64,000 bases of DNA from contig JAWCQO010000004.1 in assembly GCA_038869735.1 (NCBI GenBank), positions 12,455 to 76,454 on the forward strand. The letters run 5' to 3'. Positions 59,902 to 64,000 of the stretch are shown here, in pieces. The stretch is from Candidatus Anstonellales archaeon (GTDB taxonomy: Archaea > Micrarchaeota > Micrarchaeia > Anstonellales > CG1-02-47-40). The number at the start of each line of letters is the position of its first letter. Position 1 is the stretch's first letter. Both the position numbers and the translations under genes were made by a program. Under the pieces are notes generated by a model. That model saw nothing but the letters and a program-made list of their open reading frames with translations. It made no database searches and was not told where the DNA came from.

Positions 59902-60759
59902 ATGCTTCAAAACCAATTTAGTCTAAGGGACCCACAACCGAAATATGAAAAGATTAAAGAATATATCCTACGAGGTAGCTACAAAAAACCCAAAGCCGTT
60001 TTTCTTTTGACTCCTCATGCAAATGAGCAGAAAGCAGTTTTTCCTTTCAGAGACGCTTTGGCAACAGAATTAAGAAAAAGGGGCATCGTTGTAAAAAAGT
60101 TTTATAGCCTTGATACGATAACAAACCCCTGGAAAATAAGAAAAAGAATCGGAATGGCTACGGGCGACTCTATTTCCTATTGCAATTATATCCTTACTCT
60201 TCAAGATTATTATTCTCGCATTAAATTCTCGTATACGCTTCTTTACCGCACTCCCAAAAAATCAGCAATAGCGCTTGAACTTCATGCATATGACATAAAA
60301 AAAGCTGGCGAGATCTCTGGGGAGTTAGAGTGGGTAAGGCGTTTAAGAGACACACATGTATTTGCAATAAAAGATGCTTACCTTTTTCTGAAAGAACAGA
60401 CCAGAAAAGTAATTGACCTTATTGAGCAGAATATAAAAGAAGTAAGAAGAATAGCCTCGCTAGTGCCGATTAATGTTGACTCAATCATTCATTATCTTGA
60501 GAGGATCTTCCCACAACTCAAAAAATTTAATAGACATTTTTTGATCGTTGAAATACCAGCCACGACTGTTTTTTTGCTGAACAAAAATTCACCTTATCAT
60601 TCTTTTTTTATTGATGGTCATCGCTTAACTGACGTGTTAACTGAGTTTGAAAATAATTATTGCGTTTTTGATAGGCGAAGTATGGGTTTTACGGCCAAAG
60701 AAATAAAAGCTGTTGCTGATATACTTCTTCTTCCTGCACTAAGAATTAAAAGAGACTAA
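59902..60759 (+). CDS. Hypothetical protein (possible AstE/AspA-like zinc deacylase, very tentative)
   Basis: LTPHANEQ loosely resembles the HxNE zinc site of succinylglutamate desuccinylase/aspartoacylase. Otherwise unassigned. Confidence 0.3.
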   Translation: MLQNQFSLRDPQPKYEKIKEYILRGSYKKPKAVFLLTPHANEQKAVFPFRDALATELRKRGIVVKKFYSLDTITNPWKIRKRIGMATGDSISYCNYILTLQDYYSRIKFSYTLLYRTPKKSAIALELHAYDIKKAGEISGELEWVRRLRDTHVFAIKDAYLFLKEQTRKVIDLIEQNIKEVRRIASLVPINVDSIIHYLERIFPQLKKFNRHFLIVEIPATTVFLLNKNSPYHSFFIDGHRLTDVLTEFENNYCVFDRRSMGFTAKEIKAVADILLLPALRIKRD

Positions 60760-60780
60760 GTGAAGTAAATTGGGGGGAAC

Positions 60781-61662
60781 ATGATAAAAGGTTCAAGTCT
60801 CTTAAAGAGAGGTCTCGCTCAAATGCTAAAAGGCGGGGTAATAATGGATGTAGTCAGCGCAGAACAAGCAAAGATTGCTGAGAGTGCTGGCGCAGTCTCA
60901 GTTATGGCACTGGAACGTGTACCGGCCGATATAAGAGCTGAGGGCGGCGTTGCAAGGATGGCTGATCCCTTGAAAATCAAAGAGATTAAAAGCGCCGTTA
61001 CCATCCCTGTGATGGCAAAGGTGAGGATCGGGCATTTCGTTGAGGCACAAATCCTTGAAGCATTAGGAGTAGATTTTATAGATGAAAGTGAAGTTTTGAC
61101 ACCTGCGGATAATGAAAATCACATAGACAAGAAAAACTTTAGTGTTCCATTTGTATGCGGTGCAAGAAATTTAGGAGAAGCTCTTAGGCGCATTGAAGAG
61201 GGAGCGGCAATGATAAGAACAAAAGGCGAAGCTGGGACGGGCAATATCGTTGAAGCGGTTAAACATATTTTGACTATAAAAAAGGAAATATCACTGTTAA
61301 AAAATATGGATAAAGGTGAATTGGCAAAATACTCAAAAGAGGAGAATGTGAGTCTGGAATTAATTATGGAGACACGAGACTTAGGACGACTACCTGTAGT
61401 TAATTTTGCTGCAGGAGGAATCGCAACGCCGGCAGATGCAGCATTATGTATGCAATTAGGCTGTGATGGCGTATTTGTTGGAAGCGGAATCTTCAAATCT
61501 TCAGAACCAAAGAGGATGGCGGATGCAATTGTTGAGGCCGTTGCACATTTTGAAGATAAAGAATTACTTGCAAGAGTTTCTGAAGGGTTAGGAACACCAA
61601 TGAAGGGAATTGATATTGAAGAATTAGAGGGACATCAAAGAATGGCAACAAGAGGAATCTGA
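60781..61662 (+). CDS. pdxS: Pyridoxal 5'-phosphate synthase subunit PdxS (Pdx1/SNZ)
   Basis: GGVIMDVV...[23 protein letters not shown] and the C-terminal GSGIFKS. Full-length (beta/alpha)8 barrel. Confidence 0.9.
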   Translation: MIKGSSLLKRGLAQMLKGGVIMDVVSAEQAKIAESAGAVSVMALERVPADIRAEGGVARMADPLKIKEIKSAVTIPVMAKVRIGHFVEAQILEALGVDFIDESEVLTPADNENHIDKKNFSVPFVCGARNLGEALRRIEEGAAMIRTKGEAGTGNIVEAVKHILTIKKEISLLKNMDKGELAKYSKEENVSLELIMETRDLGRLPVVNFAAGGIATPADAALCMQLGCDGVFVGSGIFKSSEPKRMADAIVEAVAHFEDKELLARVSEGLGTPMKGIDIEELEGHQRMATRGI

Positions 61663-61715
61663 ACCGAAACTTGTTTTTGCGGCTATAAGAAAAGGAAGAA
61701 CTATTTATCCTTTCA

Positions 61716-62768
61716 TCAGAACAGCGATATAATCAAATCAATCAGGTCAGATATCAAGGGAATGCGGAAATCTCTACTTTCAACATCGGCGGGCATAATT
61801 TTTTCTGAACCCTGTTCTCTTTCGGAGTTATTTTGATTGTTGCTCATCATAGTTCGGTTAGTCTCTTGAGCTGGAAGTGAGACTTGCTCCATTTTTTCAT
61901 TTGTTTCTTTGTAAGACTTGGATAGATTAAAGGTTCTACTTCTTCTTTTTGCTTCTTCTGCAATTTTCTCAACATGCTCATCGACTTCTATAATAGGCAA
62001 GCTCTCTATCTCGAATTTCTCAATAAGTCGCTTTGCTTTTATTAAAGAAACGATGTCATAATTCACAGGATGGCATATTTGATATACACTAAAAATGCCG
62101 TTTGTTGTTATGTTTGTTGCAACTCTATTTATCTCTAAAAGAATTGATTTAACAGCTAAGAAATTTTCTTTTGATTGGTTTTCTGAAAATCTTTCAATAA
62201 TCATCTCAGCATCTCGGGTTAGATATTCGAGGTTTTTAGTTCTATTTTCAAAATAAACAATAAGGTCTATAAATTCCCAGCCGACACCTTGAGCAAGTGG
62301 ACTACAAATCGGAGTAAAGCATGACTTAAAGCACGATTCCCGATCCGAACAGGGATAGAGATCAGTTCCAAGATATTTTTTGCATCTGGATTCGCCAGGC
62401 TCGCGGCTTTTTGAAAACGAGATGATGAACTCTTTAAGCTTTTGAGTTTCATTTGGTGGGATTTTTTTAAACCCTTTCAAAATATAATATTCAAATAAAA
62501 CATCCCTTATTTCGGATTCATTTTGTACAATTACGAAACTTGAAGGAGAATCTATTATCTTTTTGACAATCAAATTTTGTGTACCATTAATAACTACAAA
62601 ATAATAAACCGAATAATTCCTTGTTAATTTAAAATCCTCGATGCTGAAGAGCTCATTATCAGTGAGGTAACTAGCGATAAAAAGGTCTAGATATTCATCA
62701 CCTTTTGAAAACGCTAAAGCTGATGGTAATGATGCAGTAAGAAGTAAAATAAACATCAGATTAATCAT
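61716..62768 (-). CDS. Hypothetical secreted Cys-rich protein
   Basis: Signal peptide MINLMFILLLTASLPSALA. Cys cluster CKKYLGTDLYPCSDRESCFKSCFTPIC. Start overlaps the stop of the upstream gene (ATGA). Confidence 0.4.
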   Translation of the reverse strand: MINLMFILLLTASLPSALAFSKGDEYLDLFIASYLTDNELFSIEDFKLTRNYSVYYFVVINGTQNLIVKKIIDSPSSFVIVQNESEIRDVLFEYYILKGFKKIPPNETQKLKEFIISFSKSREPGESRCKKYLGTDLYPCSDRESCFKSCFTPICSPLAQGVGWEFIDLIVYFENRTKNLEYLTRDAEMIIERFSENQSKENFLAVKSILLEINRVATNITTNGIFSVYQICHPVNYDIVSLIKAKRLIEKFEIESLPIIEVDEHVEKIAEEAKRRSRTFNLSKSYKETNEKMEQVSLPAQETNRTMMSNNQNNSEREQGSEKIMPADVESRDFRIPLISDLIDLIISLF

Positions 62769-63994
62769 TTTGACCGCCGCCTTATCTTTCTTATTATAAT
62801 GACGTAGAGAATATAAGAAGTCCCTATAATTATTAATGCTCCACCTGCCAAATAATAAAGTAGTTCTAAATGAGATGAGAAGATAGATGGCTTATTAGTT
62901 TCTTTTATTTCCACAGTCCTAGCTTTATCACGGCTCTTATTGAGAGACTGCGTTTGTAGACGTGACATCTCGGGTTCTGGTACTTTAAATACCGTAACAT
63001 TGACCGGTTTGGCATTTTTCACACCCGGTGAATAAAATGTGTAGACCCCTGGATAAGTAGGCATATATTGTACCATGCCACTATTATCAGTCGTTAGATA
63101 CTCTGCTCTTCTAAGAGGAGAAACAACTACTATCGTTGCATCTGGTGCAGGACTACCATTACTCTTACTAACAAAAAGAGTTATCTTTTCGTTTAGAGCT
63201 GCAAGAGCCGGTGCATGTAAAAGTAACGTCTCGTTAATGGTCTTATTTTGGTCGTTGCTCAAAAGAATTATTTTAGAGGCAAAATCTCTTGTTTTATATA
63301 CTTTACCCAAAATGCTGTACTTTATTTCTATTGATTCTTGTGGAGAGAGAGTGAGAAACTTCCACTTTGCTATTATACTGCCATTCTCTATCACATCCGG
63401 CAATATGTCAAAATACACTTTTTCTTTGCTGTCGGCTGCTAGGGACGGTATAACCTCAACCACCTCAAAATTTTCAATCGGCTCTGTATCGTTGTTTTGG
63501 ATAAACAAAGAAAAATGTGTAATATTATTAAATGCGTCTACACTAGTCGAGCGCCTAAAATAATAGGTCTTTAACCCGCTGCTTATATTTTGAGATATAA
63601 ACGAAGCTCCGCTGCCACCGCTGGCCGAAGGACTACCTGCAGATGAACCTCCTATGCTACTGCCTCCCCCACCTCCACCACTACCGCTGCTTGATGACGA
63701 ACTTGGGGCATTCTCACACAAGTAAGTGTTTTGGCTACAAAAACCACTTACGCACGTCTGATTATAAAGACAGGAATAACCGTTCTGGACCTTTCCACCT
63801 ATTGTCCATTCTGAATATGAAGTTGTATTTATCCAGACATAATTATTATTAACGTCAACGCCAGCTACGGGTTCTTCGTATTTTATCCATGATGAGTTAA
63901 TGGTATTATATTTAAATGGTCTTAAAGTCGCCTCAGAGATTCCAAGACTATCCACTTCGGTCTGATTATATGATATCCGCAACTGAGAATCCAA
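62765..63994 (-). CDS. Cell-surface protein with Gly/Ser-rich linker and C-terminal TM anchor. The 5' end may extend beyond the window.
   Basis: GS-rich tract SSSSSGSGGGGGGSSIGGSS. C-terminal helix LAGGALIIIGTSYILYVIII followed by RKIRRRSK. Many N-x-S/T sequons. Confidence 0.45.
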   Translation of the reverse strand: MDSQLRISYNQTEVDSLGISEATLRPFKYNTINSSWIKYEEPVAGVDVNNNYVWINTTSYSEWTIGGKVQNGYSCLYNQTCVSGFCSQNTYLCENAPSSSSSSGSGGGGGGSSIGGSSAGSPSASGGSGASFISQNISSGLKTYYFRRSTSVDAFNNITHFSLFIQNNDTEPIENFEVVEVIPSLAADSKEKVYFDILPDVIENGSIIAKWKFLTLSPQESIEIKYSILGKVYKTRDFASKIILLSNDQNKTINETLLLHAPALAALNEKITLFVSKSNGSPAPDATIVVVSPLRRAEYLTTDNSGMVQYMPTYPGVYTFYSPGVKNAKPVNVTVFKVPEPEMSRLQTQSLNKSRDKARTVEIKETNKPSIFSSHLELLYYLAGGALIIIGTSYILYVIIIRKIRRRSK

Positions 63995-64000
63995 AAGTGA

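Overview
This window is a low-GC (about 38% by eye) archaeal chromosome segment. The evidence for an archaeal origin is an intron in the tRNA-Leu anticodon loop, a split transketolase, class-III signal peptides, archaeal-type LeuRS, Trm5 and Dph6, tandem FtsZ genes, TATA-like AT boxes 20-40 nt upstream of start codons, and GGTG-type ribosome-binding sites.

The gene content is mostly housekeeping:
- PrsW-like membrane protease
- pyrD and pyrC
- a pilin-like protein and a CBS-domain protein
- a DtxR-family regulator followed by a ZnuA/ZnuC/ZnuB-type metal ABC transporter
- an 847-aa surface protein
- a solitary trpC
- two adjacent ftsZ paralogs
- tRNA-Ala, tRNA-Leu (with intron) and tRNA-Asn
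- Dph6-like PP-loop ATPase
- leuS and trm5
- secF/secD
- nitroreductase
- transketolase N and C subunits plus rpe
- PduO-type cobalamin adenosyltransferase
- a kinase/dCMP-deaminase fusion
- a Trx-CcdA thiol-disulfide membrane protein
- IMPase/FBPase
- an HTH regulator followed by grpE-dnaK-dnaJ
- an Ogt-like alkyltransferase domain
- gyrA/gyrB and pdxS
- several secreted or surface proteins

The main candidate for a novel system is a tightly packed seven-gene minus-strand operon (14976-22317). It encodes six tandem paralogous polytopic membrane proteins that share three conserved sequence blocks, plus a bitopic membrane protein; I cannot assign the family to anything known.

Other notable features:
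- A compositionally atypical, Arg-rich segment between leuS and trm5 encodes a 1412-aa membrane-anchored giant protein and a Cys-rich lipoprotein.
- A 13-bp direct repeat of the tRNA-Leu 3' end bounds a roughly 650-bp GC-rich insert, which looks like an att-like integration scar.
- The two ftsZ copies share a 51-nt block of perfect nucleotide identity, suggesting gene conversion.
- A 22-bp perfect palindrome lies at the dtxR promoter.
- An AT-rich, roughly 800-bp intergenic region carries three copies of a 13-20-bp element in inverted orientation.

No rRNA genes or CRISPR arrays were found.
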